NCBI GenBank assembly: GCA_965215505.1
Contig: OZ244065.1
Location: forward strand, 5,568,001-5,632,000
Direction of reading: 5' to 3'
Source of the DNA: Capsulimonadaceae bacterium
GTDB taxonomy: Bacteria > Armatimonadota > Armatimonadia > Armatimonadales > Capsulimonadaceae
DNA length: 64,000 nucleotides
In this document: positions 17,594 through 27,609 of the stretch, piece by piece
Layout of the letters: the number at the start of each line of letters is the position of its first letter
Position numbering within the stretch: position 1 is the first letter of the stretch
The notes under the pieces: generated by a model
Database searches by the model: none
Seen by the model: only the letters and a program-made list of their open reading frames with translations
What the model was told of the DNA's origin: nothing
Position numbers and translations under genes: made by a program

Positions 17594-19355
17594 GCCAGTG
17601 GCGGCCCCCGCGACTCCCTCCGGCCTGACCGACCTACTGACGCCGGACAGCCTGCGGCGGCTTGCGGGCATCCGTTCCTACGGTCTGGGCGAGGAGTACA
17701 GCGCGGACGGGCTGGTTTCGGGGCTGGTGCAGGACGGCGACATCCTCGCCGCCCAGGTACACGGGACCCAGAGCTACCGCGTGAAGCTCCAGGCGGTCGG
17801 CGACCGGCTGAAGTACGACTGCTCCTGCCCGTTCGCGGCGGAGGGCGCCTTCTGCAAGCACTGCGTCGCCGTCGGCCTGGCCTGGCTTTCGGGTGCCGTC
17901 CCCGGCGGCAAGACCGCCGCCGTCACGATGGACGACGTGCGGGCCTACCTGCAAAGGCAGGGCAAAGAGGCCCTGATCTCCCTCCTGGTGGAGCAGGCGC
18001 TGGAAGACGCGGACCTCCAGACGCGGCTGTTCCTCCGCGTCGCCCAGGCCGCCGCAGGCGGGCCGAACCTCGCCGCCTACCGCCGCGCCATTGACCGAGC
18101 CGCCAAGACCGGCGACATGGTCGAGTACGACGACGTGCCGGACTATGCGCGCGGCCTGGAACGGGTCACGGGGTCGCTGCGCGAGCTGCTGTCGGCGGGC
18201 CACGCAGGCGCGGCCCTGGAACTGACGGAGTACGCGCTGGCAAAGGTCGAGAAGGCCCTGAACAGCGTGGACGACTCGAACGGCTCGGTCGGCGGCGTCC
18301 TGCACGACCTGGAAGAGCTGCACCGCGACGCGTGCGTCCTCGCGAAGCCGGAACCCGTCGCGCTGGCCCGCCGCCTGTACGAGTGGCAGATGCGCTCCGG
18401 CCTGGTCTTCTCCGACGTGCTGGATGACTATGCCGACGTCTTTGGTGCGCGCGGCCTGGCCGAGTACCGCCGGATGGCGGAAGCGGACTGGGCGAGTGTC
18501 CCGACGCACGGCCCCAGCCAGCGCCGCGTTTCAGAGTACGGCAGTTCATGGCGTCTGGCCCAGGTCATGGAGAGCCTGGCGCGGCGGACGGGCGACGTGG
18601 AGGCGGTCGTTGCCGTGCTGCGGCGCGACCTCTCCGGCCCGTACCGTTTCCTGACCATCGCGCAGGAGTATCTGGCGGCGGGGAACGCATCGGAAGCGCT
18701 CACATGGGCGGAGCGCGGCCTGAAAGAGTTTCCGGACGCGCCGGACGGGCGGCTGGTCGAGTTCCTCGTGGAGCGTTACCAGGCCCTCGGGCGGCACGAC
18801 GAGGCCCTCGCCCTCCTGTGGGATCAGTTCCGGCGGCGCCCCGCGCTGGCCCATTTCCAGGCACTCAGGGGATACGCGCAGCCGGTGGGGCGCTGGGAGG
18901 AGTGGCGGCCCCAGGCGCTGGCTTACCTGCGCGAGCAGATCGAGGCCGAGAAGGCGCGTCCCAGCCGGTTCGGCCTCTACGCCCGCGTGGACAACTCGGA
19001 ACTGGTGCGAATCCTGCTCTGGGAGGGCCGCGACGAGGACGCCTGGCGCGAGGCGCAGCAGGGCGGCTGTGGCGAGGGCCTGTGGCTGGAACTCGCCGGC
19101 AAGCGCGAGAAAGAACACCCCGAGGACGCCCTGGGAATCTATCGTCCTCGGATCGCCCCGCTGGTGGAGCCGACCACGAACGGCGACTACGCCGAGCCGG
19201 TCCGTCTGCTGCTCCGAATCCAAAGGCTGATGACGCGCCTGGGCCGGCAGGACGAGTTCGCCCGCGACATCGAGCTTCTGCGCTCGACCTACAAGCGCAA
19301 GCGCAACTTCCTCAAACTGCTGGACGAGAAGATGCCCACCCTGAAAGGGAGCTGA
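17577..19355 (+). CDS. SWIM zinc-finger protein with helical-repeat C-terminus
   Basis: CSCP-x6-CKHCVA; DDSNG; YKRKRNFLKLL; start uncertain. Confidence 0.88.
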   Translation: MRKDTKPVAAPATPSGLTDLLTPDSLRRLAGIRSYGLGEEYSADGLVSGLVQDGDILAAQVHGTQSYRVKLQAVGDRLKYDCSCPFAAEGAFCKHCVAVGLAWLSGAVPGGKTAAVTMDDVRAYLQRQGKEALISLLVEQALEDADLQTRLFLRVAQAAAGGPNLAAYRRAIDRAAKTGDMVEYDDVPDYARGLERVTGSLRELLSAGHAGAALELTEYALAKVEKALNSVDDSNGSVGGVLHDLEELHRDACVLAKPEPVALARRLYEWQMRSGLVFSDVLDDYADVFGARGLAEYRRMAEADWASVPTHGPSQRRVSEYGSSWRLAQVMESLARRTGDVEAVVAVLRRDLSGPYRFLTIAQEYLAAGNASEALTWAERGLKEFPDAPDGRLVEFLVERYQALGRHDEALALLWDQFRRRPALAHFQALRGYAQPVGRWEEWRPQALAYLREQIEAEKARPSRFGLYARVDNSELVRILLWEGRDEDAWREAQQGGCGEGLWLELAGKREKEHPEDALGIYRPRIAPLVEPTTNGDYAEPVRLLLRIQRLMTRLGRQDEFARDIELLRSTYKRKRNFLKLLDEKMPTLKGS

Positions 19356-19362
19356 ACCCGCC

Positions 19363-20925
19363 GTGAACCGTCTCCTGTCCCTCTGCGCCTTTTTGTCTTT
19401 AGGCTTCGCCCTTGCGCCCGTCCGGGCCGATGCTCCGGCTCAGGCGTCCGCCGAGGCCGCCTTCGCCCAGGGCAAGTTCGACGACGCCCGCAAGGCCTAC
19501 GAGCGGCTGGTCAAGTCCGACCCCCGGCCCGTCGGCCCGCGCCTCGGCCTGATCCAGACCCTGCTGCGTCAGGACCGCTGGCGGGACGCGCTGCGGGAGG
19601 CGCAGGCCGCCGCCCTAGCCGCCCCCGCCGATGCGGACGCGCGGGGCCTTCTGGCCCTGGCCGAGTTCCGGGCGGGGCAGCCGGACGCAGCCCATTCGGA
19701 CTCGCAGAAGTCATTGGCGCTGGACAAAGAGGACTATTGGGGCCTGGTCGCGGCGGGGCGGCTGGCCGACTGGAACGGCGAGGACGGGCAGTGCCATGAC
19801 GCTTTCGCCCGTGCCGCCGCCCAACATCCCGAGCGGCCCGACGCCTGGCTGGGGCTGTGGCAGGCAAGCCACGAGGACCGGATCGGCCCGGCCGGGGCGG
19901 CCATCGCCGCCCGCTACCTGGCTTTATCTCCCCAGGGCTATCCCTTCGACCGGGAGACGCCCCTCATCCGCAACTTCAGCGAGAACGAGGTGGGCTACTG
20001 GCGCGACTTCATCAAGGACCCGCCGTTCCGCCTGGAGACGGGGACGGACGGCGGGAAGGCGAATACGTCCGCCGTCTTCCCCATCGAGCGCGAAGGCCAC
20101 TTCGTTTTCGTCTCGGTCGCGATCAACGGTCGGCCCTTCCGCCTGTTGTTCGACACGGGCGCGAGCAGCCTCCTGCTGTCCCGGAAGGCCGCGCGCCGTC
20201 TGGCGCTGCCTGACCTGGCGAAAGCCTATGTGGCGGGCGTCCAGGGCAAGGCCCCCGCGACCCTCCAGCGCGCCGACACGCTGACGCTGGGAGGCGTCAC
20301 CGTGCGTTCCATCCCGGTCACCGTGACCGACAGCGCCGGAGAGGGCGACGGCATCTTCGGCGGCACCATCCTGCGGGACTACGCCGTCACCCTGGACTTC
20401 GACAGCAACACGATGACGATCGTGCGCGGGCCGAATGCGGGGTACGTCGCCCGCCCCCACACCACCGCCTCCACCCTCCCGCTGCGCCTCTACGGCGGGC
20501 ACCTGTTCATCTCCGCCCATGCCCAGGAGCAGGCCGAGAACGCCGTGGACCACCCCGTCTGGGCGATCCTGGACACGGGCGCGTTCACCGACATCTTCTC
20601 CCTGAGCCTGACCCATGAGCTTTCCGCCCATGACCCCCGGCCCGACTGGCAGGAGGGCAGCATCAGCAGCCGCGTGGGCATCGGCGATTCGGCCCGGAAG
20701 ATCAACGTCTGCCTGACGCTGGCGAAGGTCAAGATCACCTTCGACGGCTCGGACCACGTCACCAACCAGATCGGCCTCACCGGCGAGTCCGCGATGGACG
20801 ACCAGGTCAGCCCCGGCACGGGGTTTGAAGTCGGGATGCTGCTCGGCATCCCCCTCCTGGCCCAGCACAGCCGCGTCACCATTGACTACCCCCACCGGCT
20901 GCTGACGTTTGAAGACCCCGAGTAG
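19363..20925 (+). CDS. Secreted TPR plus tandem retropepsin-like aspartyl protease
   Basis: Signal peptide, TPRs, LFDTGA and ILDTGA, DGIFG and GMLLG motifs. Confidence 0.88.
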   Translation: MNRLLSLCAFLSLGFALAPVRADAPAQASAEAAFAQGKFDDARKAYERLVKSDPRPVGPRLGLIQTLLRQDRWRDALREAQAAALAAPADADARGLLALAEFRAGQPDAAHSDSQKSLALDKEDYWGLVAAGRLADWNGEDGQCHDAFARAAAQHPERPDAWLGLWQASHEDRIGPAGAAIAARYLALSPQGYPFDRETPLIRNFSENEVGYWRDFIKDPPFRLETGTDGGKANTSAVFPIEREGHFVFVSVAINGRPFRLLFDTGASSLLLSRKAARRLALPDLAKAYVAGVQGKAPATLQRADTLTLGGVTVRSIPVTVTDSAGEGDGIFGGTILRDYAVTLDFDSNTMTIVRGPNAGYVARPHTTASTLPLRLYGGHLFISAHAQEQAENAVDHPVWAILDTGAFTDIFSLSLTHELSAHDPRPDWQEGSISSRVGIGDSARKINVCLTLAKVKITFDGSDHVTNQIGLTGESAMDDQVSPGTGFEVGMLLGIPLLAQHSRVTIDYPHRLLTFEDPE

Positions 20926-20940
20926 GAAACGGCGTTATCG

Positions 20941-21146
20941 GACACTTCGGGCTTCATCCTGCGCTTCCGTGAAGTTCTATCCACCGATCAAAAAATGCAG
21001 GCATCCGATTCCTGCTGTCCAGCTACCTGGAGATGGCCGGGCAGTATCAGGAAGCACGGGCCGATCCACAGCAAGTGGCGCATTCGGGCGACGAAATTTG
21101 GCCGGCGAAGGCGCGTCAGGCGCTTGAACCGCCGGAGCCTCTTTGA
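20941..21146 (+). pseudogene. Frameshifted TPR gene remnant
   Basis: DTSGFILRFREVLSTDQK, then after a shift in the A-run near 20990 NAGIRFLLSSYLEMAGQYQEARA...AKARQALE; no start codon or SD. Confidence 0.5.
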
Positions 21147-21152
21147 CCCGCC

Positions 21153-21183
21153 TTGACGCGGCCCCGCCTCTTCTTGGTATAAT
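21153..21183 (+). promoter_or_regulatory. Promoter for yebC
   Basis: TTGACG at 21153 and extended -10 TGGTATAAT (TATAAT 21178-21183). Confidence 0.65.
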
Positions 21184-21251
21184 GAATCGCCACGCGAACC
21201 CTTTTACGGCCCCAGGCCGTTAACAATCCAACAGCAGAGGATGAGAGAACG

Positions 21252-22010
21252 ATGTCAGGACACAGCAAATGGCACAGCATCAAGCACCAGAAGGGCAAGG
21301 CCGACGCCGACCGGGGCAAGCTCTTCACCAAACTCGCCCGTGAGATCATCGTCGCCGCCAAGGCGGGCGGGCCGAACCCGGACTCGAACATCACCCTGCG
21401 CGCCGCCATTACGCGGGCGCGGGCGATCTCGATGCCCCAGGACAACATCAAGCGCGCCATCGCGCGCGGGGCGGGCGGCGATGACACCGCGAACTACGAG
21501 GACCTGACCTATGAGGGCTACGGGCCGGGCGGCGTCGCCGTCCTGGTCAGTTGCCTGACCGACAACAAACAGCGGACGGTCGCCGAGGTCCGGGCCGCCT
21601 TCAACCGGTCCGGCGGGCGGCTGGCCGAGTCGGGCAGCGTCTCCTACCTCTTTGCGCCTAAAGGCATCCTCATCGTGGACCCGGATGTCACGACCGAGGA
21701 GGCCGTGACCGAGGCGGCCATCGAGGGCGGGGCCGAGGACATCCAGCCGACCGACGACGGCGGCTTCGAGATCACGACTGCGCCGGAGGACTTCGCCGCC
21801 GTGCAGAAGGCTCTGGACGGAGTCAAGATCGCCTACGCCTCCGCCGAGATGACCATGCTGCCGCAGACCACCGTGGACATCGCCGGCAAGGAGGCCAGCC
21901 AGGTCCTGCGCCTCGTAGACACCCTGGAAGACAATGACGACGTCCAGAAGGTCTACGCGAACTTCGACATCTCCGACGCGGAGATGGACGCGGCCGAAAG
22001 CGGTCGTTAG
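21252..22010 (+). CDS. yebC: YebC/PmpR family protein
   Basis: MSGHSKWHSIKHQK, YEGYGPGGVA, LTDN, DDVQKVYAN. Confidence 0.97.
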   Translation: MSGHSKWHSIKHQKGKADADRGKLFTKLAREIIVAAKAGGPNPDSNITLRAAITRARAISMPQDNIKRAIARGAGGDDTANYEDLTYEGYGPGGVAVLVSCLTDNKQRTVAEVRAAFNRSGGRLAESGSVSYLFAPKGILIVDPDVTTEEAVTEAAIEGGAEDIQPTDDGGFEITTAPEDFAAVQKALDGVKIAYASAEMTMLPQTTVDIAGKEASQVLRLVDTLEDNDDVQKVYANFDISDAEMDAAESGR

Positions 22011-22093
22011 GGCCACCGGCACCGGAAGTGCCGGGTGAGCCGACTCTGCGAGCAGACCCGTGGGCATCCCCCGCGAGAACCGAGGCTGTCCCG

Positions 22094-24754
22094 ATGTTCC
22101 GGCCCCCCCGTCGTTTCCGCTTTCTTCTCGCCTGGACGTTCTGCTGCCTCGGCAGCCTGCCGGCCGCCCCGGTGCGGGCCGACGGCCCGCCGCTGACCGC
22201 CGTGTTCGGCATCGCCGGGCGCTACCGCCCCGGTGCCTGGTGCCCCGTCACCGTCACCGTCCGCAACCCGTCGTCCGAGGGCCTTGCCGGGCAGGTGCAG
22301 GTTCTGGCGGGCGCGGACTCGAACCGGAACGGGGGCGGCGGCAACCGGGCACTCGGCGCGGCCCTGTTCGGCCGCCCCGTCACCGTCTCCTCCGGGGCGG
22401 CCCCGCAGCCCTTCATGCTCTACACGCGCGGCCTGGACCCCGGCCGGGACAGCGTCACCGTGCGGCTCTCCGAGGGCCGGCAGCGCGGCGACGGGCGCAC
22501 TCTCGCCTCGGCCAACACGCAGGACACGAAGACCTCGCAGGCCATCACGGGAACGCCCGTCAGCGACACCGACCTGCTGCTGGTCGGCCTGGGCGGCGAC
22601 CCCGGCGCATTCATCCCCCTGAACGGGCGTCAGCTCGGCCTGGCACACCAGGTCGGCGGGTTCGCCGTGGGCGGGAGCAATCCGGGCGGACAGCCCGCGA
22701 CCGTGCAGGTCGCCGAAGCGGCAGGGCCGGACCTCCCGGACAAGGCGGCCGGCTACGGCGGCGTGGACGCCTTCCTGCTCCGCAGCGACGCCCCGCTGGA
22801 CGCGCTCACCGAGGCGCAGGCGGAGGCACTGCGCGGCTGGGTGGCGGCGGGCGGCCACCTCGTCGTCTGCGGCGGCGTGGACCCCACCCGTTTCTCCTCG
22901 GCCTTCTACAACGGCCTGCTGCCTGCGGGCATCGGCGCGGCCCGCCCCGGCGCGGTCGCGATGCCGGGCGTCGGGCCGGTCGGCGCGCTGACGCTCACCC
23001 CGAAGCCGCTGCCCGGCGTCCGCGTGCTGGCCTCCGCGCCGGACGGCTCGCCGCTCGTCGTCGCCGGCCCCTACGGCGCGGGCTGCGTGACGCTGACGGC
23101 CTATGACCCGACATCCAGGGGGTTCCAGTCGTCCACGTTCGACAGCGGGGCGCTCTGGCGGACCCTGCTGACCGCCGGCCCCTCCGCCTCCGCCGCCGTA
23201 CTGCCCCAGGTCGCCGCCCGCGAGGAGAACTACCACCCCAACTATTACGGCGGCGACGCCCAGCTCCTCTCCGACGCGGTCATGCGCGGGCCGTCCCTGG
23301 ACGCGCCCGCGACCGAGGTCATCGGCCTGTTCCTGCTGGTCTACCTCATCGCCCTGGTCCCCGCCAATTATCTCATCCTGAAGCGGCTCGACCGCAAGGA
23401 GCTGGCCTGGGTGACGATCCCCGCCCTGGTCCTGCTCTTCGCGGTCGGCACCTTCGGCGTCGGCTATGCCGCCAAGGGCGGCACGGTCTTCGTCAACCGC
23501 GCCGCCATCGTCGAGACGACGGCGGGCCGGCGCGAGGCGGGCGTCTACGCCGAGCTTGGCCTGTTCTCGCCGCACCGGACCTCCTACGACATCGCGCTGC
23601 CCGGCGCGAACGGCCTGGCCGCCATCCCGAACCCCGGCTTGTCCTTCAACAACTTCCGGGGCGGCTCCAGCGCGGACACGCAGGACTCCGGCCTGACCAG
23701 GTTCGTGGAGACTCCGGACGGCACCTCCCTGCTCGACACCTCCGTCAACATGTGGGCCATGCGCGCCTTTGACGTGCAGGCGACCGAGGACTTGGGCGGG
23801 ACCGTGGACAGCACGCTCACCGCCCAGGGCGGCTCGCCCCCGAACGGCCTGGGCGTCGGCCCCGTCACGGGCACCGTGACCAACCACCTGTCCCACACGC
23901 TCACCGGCTGCGCCCTGCTCCACAACGGCCAGTGGCAGACATTGGGGGACCTTGCGCCCGGCGCGAGCGTCCCCGTCTCCGGCACGAGCGCCGTCGTTGG
24001 GCCGCCGGGGAGCCTGTCGGGCCTCCCCTTCAGCGGCAGGATGAACGGGAACGGCGGCGATGCCCAGGCAGACATCCACACACGGATGCAGGCGGCCCTC
24101 GCCGACTACGCGCGCTCGCTCGGGCAGCAGAACAACAACCAGTTCTATAACGGCGGTCAGACCCAGGCCCCGAGCGTTTATGTGCCCTCGTCCGGCGAGG
24201 CCCTGCTGCTGGGCTGGAGCAGCGACCCCGCCCTGGCCGGACCCGTCCCGCGCATTGACGGCCACGCGGTCCACGAGAACGACATCAGCCTCGTGATCGT
24301 CCATCTGCCGATCAAGGGCGCGCGGATCGTCGCCGCCGCGCTACCCCCGCCAACGCCCGGCATGGTGCGCCGGTTCCAGTTCCCCCCACAGCAACGGATG
24401 GCCTCGCGGTCCGCCCAGTTCGGCGTGACCGCCCGCACCGCGCCGGCCTACAAGCAGGCCATGGACGCGCACAGCCTGATGCTGGCCCGGAAGAACATCG
24501 GCAAGCAGTCCAGCTTCCACGGGACCGTCGCCAATGTCACGCAGGACGCGCAGGGCCAGACCTTGACCGTGGAGTTCGACCCGCAGTACCGGCTGGCAGT
24601 CACCGCCGTACTCACCTTCCGGGCCTACTCGCGGTTCCCCAACATGCAGACCTTGCGGGGCCGGGAGGTCGTCGTCTCCGGCCCGCTTCTTCAGTACGGG
24701 GACAAGATCGCCGTCATGCTGACCCGGCCGAGCCAGATCCAGGTCGTCCACTGA
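22094..24754 (+). CDS. Large exported/membrane protein (GATase-like middle, 2 TM, C-terminal OB-fold-like domain)
   Basis: Signal peptide; YRPGAWCPV; LRGWVAAGGHLVVCGG; PANYLILKRLDRKELAWVTIP; start placed at MFRPP. Confidence 0.8.
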   Translation: MFRPPRRFRFLLAWTFCCLGSLPAAPVRADGPPLTAVFGIAGRYRPGAWCPVTVTVRNPSSEGLAGQVQVLAGADSNRNGGGGNRALGAALFGRPVTVSSGAAPQPFMLYTRGLDPGRDSVTVRLSEGRQRGDGRTLASANTQDTKTSQAITGTPVSDTDLLLVGLGGDPGAFIPLNGRQLGLAHQVGGFAVGGSNPGGQPATVQVAEAAGPDLPDKAAGYGGVDAFLLRSDAPLDALTEAQAEALRGWVAAGGHLVVCGGVDPTRFSSAFYNGLLPAGIGAARPGAVAMPGVGPVGALTLTPKPLPGVRVLASAPDGSPLVVAGPYGAGCVTLTAYDPTSRGFQSSTFDSGALWRTLLTAGPSASAAVLPQVAAREENYHPNYYGGDAQLLSDAVMRGPSLDAPATEVIGLFLLVYLIALVPANYLILKRLDRKELAWVTIPALVLLFAVGTFGVGYAAKGGTVFVNRAAIVETTAGRREAGVYAELGLFSPHRTSYDIALPGANGLAAIPNPGLSFNNFRGGSSADTQDSGLTRFVETPDGTSLLDTSVNMWAMRAFDVQATEDLGGTVDSTLTAQGGSPPNGLGVGPVTGTVTNHLSHTLTGCALLHNGQWQTLGDLAPGASVPVSGTSAVVGPPGSLSGLPFSGRMNGNGGDAQADIHTRMQAALADYARSLGQQNNNQFYNGGQTQAPSVYVPSSGEALLLGWSSDPALAGPVPRIDGHAVHENDISLVIVHLPIKGARIVAAALPPPTPGMVRRFQFPPQQRMASRSAQFGVTARTAPAYKQAMDAHSLMLARKNIGKQSSFHGTVANVTQDAQGQTLTVEFDPQYRLAVTAVLTFRAYSRFPNMQTLRGREVVVSGPLLQYGDKIAVMLTRPSQIQVVH

Positions 24755-24755
24755 A

Positions 24756-25595
24756 ATGGGCCTCTTCACGAACAACCCGGTCCTGGAGCGCGAGCTGCGC
24801 GGGCGTCTCCGGCTGCGGCGCAAGGGCGCGGGCCGGGTGATCCCCGTCGTCGCCTGGCCCATCGCCCTGGTCGCCCTCTACTTCTACGCGCGCGGCCTGA
24901 CCGCGATCGGGCGCGGCACCAGCCGGGACGCCCAGGAACTCCTGCCCGTGATGGTATACGGCGCTCTGGCCTTGATCGTCCTGCTGGCCCCCGCGATGGC
25001 CTCCACCGCCATCACCCAGGAGCGCGAGCAGCAGACGTGGGACGCCCTGGCGACGACCAGGTTGTCGGCCTGGGAGATCCTGATCGGGAAGTGGGTGGGG
25101 CGTCAGGTCATCCCCTGGCTGATGATCGTCCTCTCCCTCCCGTACCTGGTGGCCTGCGCGTTCTTCGGCGGCATGGGCTTCGCGATCCTGCCCGCCGTAC
25201 TCGTTCTCCTGGTCGTGACGACGGCCTTCTACAGCGCCATAGGCCTGCTCTGCTCGTTCCAGGCGCGGAGGACGGTGGGCGCGACGGCGACCGCCCTGAC
25301 CATCACCGCCCTGCTCTGCGTCGGGACCGTGGTCGTGAACCAGGTCATCAAGATTTTTCAGCAGAACTCTAATTTCAGCGACTCGTGGGTCATGTGGCTC
25401 AACCCATTCTATGTCCTTTCGTCGCTTCTAGCGTGGCTGGGCCGGAACATCATCTATCAGAACAACACGGCACTCCCGATCGACCTGAATCCACTACAAG
25501 TCGGCTTCTATCTGCTCACCTCTGTCGCCGCCACCGCCGCCGCCTTCTACTTCATGGCGAGCCGTTATCACCGCGCCGTGCGCGAGCGGACGTGA
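24756..25595 (+). CDS. ABC-2 type permease
   Basis: NPVLERELR, ITQEREQQTWDALATT, ILIGK, LNPF. Confidence 0.9.
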   Translation: MGLFTNNPVLERELRGRLRLRRKGAGRVIPVVAWPIALVALYFYARGLTAIGRGTSRDAQELLPVMVYGALALIVLLAPAMASTAITQEREQQTWDALATTRLSAWEILIGKWVGRQVIPWLMIVLSLPYLVACAFFGGMGFAILPAVLVLLVVTTAFYSAIGLLCSFQARRTVGATATALTITALLCVGTVVVNQVIKIFQQNSNFSDSWVMWLNPFYVLSSLLAWLGRNIIYQNNTALPIDLNPLQVGFYLLTSVAATAAAFYFMASRYHRAVRERT

Positions 25596-25630
25596 GGCCG
25601 AACGGATTGAGACGCCGAACGGAATGAACG

Positions 25631-26614
25631 GTGAATGCTTTTCTCGACAGCCTGGCGCGTGTCCTCCTCGACAACCCCGTCTTCAGGCGCGAGACGCGCG
25701 GGTGGCTGCGCGGGCGCTGGCTGCGCCGCAGCCGGCCCTCCGCCTGGACGGCCGCGACGGTCGCGGCCGTCCTAGGCTGGCTGTATGTCCGTATCCTGTG
25801 GTCCATGGCGGACGTGGGCGTTCCGAGCTTCCGGCCCCTGTGGTTCTGGCTGACGCGGGGCCTGCTTCTGTTCGTCGTCGTGGTCGCGCCGATCCTGGCG
25901 TCCGCCAGCATCACGCGGGAACGTGAGCAGCGAACCTGGGAGAGCCTGACGCTGACGCGGTTGCCGGGGCATGAGGTGATTCTCGGCAAATGGCTTTCGG
26001 CACTGACGCCCGCGCTCCTGACGGTGCTGGCGACGGCACCGCTGCTCCTTCTGGTCGCCGTCGGCCTCGGCATGAGCCTCGCGCTGCTGGTGGTCATGCT
26101 CGCTTTCTACCTGCTGACGGCCGCCGCGTTCACGATGCTGGGCCTGCTCTGTTCGTTCGTCGCGCGTCACGCCTCGTCCGCCCGGACGGCAGTGCTGACC
26201 ACCACCTTCGCGTCGTGCTTCGGCCTGATCATCGTGGACGGCATCCTGCGCGTCCTGGCGCTCCCGTGGGTGCATTCCGGCACGCCGTGGGGCGTCCTCT
26301 CGCCGGACGGATACGGAGGCCCCCTCCAGGATGACTACGGCTATCATGGGCTGCCCGCCGTGTCCTGGTTCAGCCCGCTTTATGTGCTTTCAGTGCTTTC
26401 CAATCGGATGAGTGCGGGGGCCGCCTCTTCCGCCGCCCCCCGGTGGCAGGTGTCGGAGGAAGACGCGGATGTCTGGAGCGCGGACCCGTCTCATGTCCTG
26501 CTCGTCTATGACCTGGGCCTCGTCATCGGCATCGCCCTGTGCCTCTATTACATGCTGACCCGCTACCGCCGGGACGTGCGCGGCGGCAGACCGCTAGGAG
26601 AACCCATCGCGTGA
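25631..26614 (+). CDS. ABC-2 type permease (paralog)
   Basis: NPVFRRE, ITREREQRTWESLTLT, VILGK. Confidence 0.88.
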   Translation: MNAFLDSLARVLLDNPVFRRETRGWLRGRWLRRSRPSAWTAATVAAVLGWLYVRILWSMADVGVPSFRPLWFWLTRGLLLFVVVVAPILASASITREREQRTWESLTLTRLPGHEVILGKWLSALTPALLTVLATAPLLLLVAVGLGMSLALLVVMLAFYLLTAAAFTMLGLLCSFVARHASSARTAVLTTTFASCFGLIIVDGILRVLALPWVHSGTPWGVLSPDGYGGPLQDDYGYHGLPAVSWFSPLYVLSVLSNRMSAGAASSAAPRWQVSEEDADVWSADPSHVLLVYDLGLVIGIALCLYYMLTRYRRDVRGGRPLGEPIA

Positions 26615-27537
26615 TCAAGATCAGCCACCTGAACAAAGAGTATAAAGGCCTCACGGCCGTCAAGGACCTCAGCCTGCACCTGGAGGCGGGCGACATCTTC
26701 GGCTTCATCGGCCCGAACGGGGCCGGCAAGACGACCACGATCAAGATGCTCGCCACTCTGCTCAAGCCGACCTCGGGCACGGCCCTCATTGACGGCATTG
26801 ACGTCGTCGAGAACCCCGAGGCCGTGCGCGGGCGGATCGGCTACATGCCGGCCTTCTTCGGCATCTACGACGACATGCGGGTCTGGGAGTATCTGGACTT
26901 CTTCGCGGGCGCGTACCGGCTGCCGCGCGCGCAGCGCCCGCGCATCATTGATGACGTGCTGAACCTCACCGACCTGAGTGGAAAAAAAGACAATTATGTG
27001 GAAGAATTATCCACGGGCATGAAGCAGCGGCTCTGCCTGGCGAAGACGCTCATCCATGACCCCAAAGTCCTGCTGCTCGACGAGCCGGCGTCCGGGCTGG
27101 ACCCGCGCGCCCGCATCGAGATCAAGGAGCTGTTCAAAGAACTGAAGGCGATGGGGAAGACGATCATCATCTCCTCGCACATCCTGCCCGAGCTCGCCGA
27201 CTTCTGCAACAAGGTCGGCATCATCGAGCGCGGCGAACTTCTGGTGTCCGGCGACGTCCAGGAGATCATGGCCCAGATCACCGGCGGCAAGACGCTGGAG
27301 ATCAAGCTGCTGGGGGACACCGAAAAGGCCCTGGCGATCCTCGCCGACGCCCCCGGCGTCCGCGCCGTCCGCCCCATGGAAGCCCACCTGCACGTCGAGT
27401 TCACCGGCGACCTGGAGGCGCAGGCGGGCCTGAACAAGCTCCTGGTGGACAGCGGCCTGCGCGTCCAGACATTCTCGGAGCAGGAGACGGACCTGGAAGA
27501 CATTTTCATGAAGGTGACAAAGGGACTCGTGCAGTGA
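26611..27537 (+). CDS. ABC transporter ATP-binding protein
   Basis: GPNGAGKTT, LSTGMKQR, LLLDEPASGLD, SSH; GTG start with SD AGGAG. Confidence 0.95.
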   Translation: MIKISHLNKEYKGLTAVKDLSLHLEAGDIFGFIGPNGAGKTTTIKMLATLLKPTSGTALIDGIDVVENPEAVRGRIGYMPAFFGIYDDMRVWEYLDFFAGAYRLPRAQRPRIIDDVLNLTDLSGKKDNYVEELSTGMKQRLCLAKTLIHDPKVLLLDEPASGLDPRARIEIKELFKELKAMGKTIIISSHILPELADFCNKVGIIERGELLVSGDVQEIMAQITGGKTLEIKLLGDTEKALAILADAPGVRAVRPMEAHLHVEFTGDLEAQAGLNKLLVDSGLRVQTFSEQETDLEDIFMKVTKGLVQ

Positions 27538-27609
27538 AGGACTAGATGTGCAGTGACGGATTAGCGCCGACTGGGGGCGGTCGCGGCTGAGGGAGGCGGA
27601 AAGTAGACC

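Noticed and set aside
22007-24304. Long antisense ORFs (for example 22007-24304, 32137-33879, 42621-44420, 54060-55679, 62764-63843)
   Set aside because: Shadow frames of GC-rich genes on the opposite strand, with no recognisable motifs
27523-27560. Short duplication of GTGCAGTGA at the ABC ATPase 3' end
   Set aside because: Too short to distinguish an insertion scar from chance or slippage
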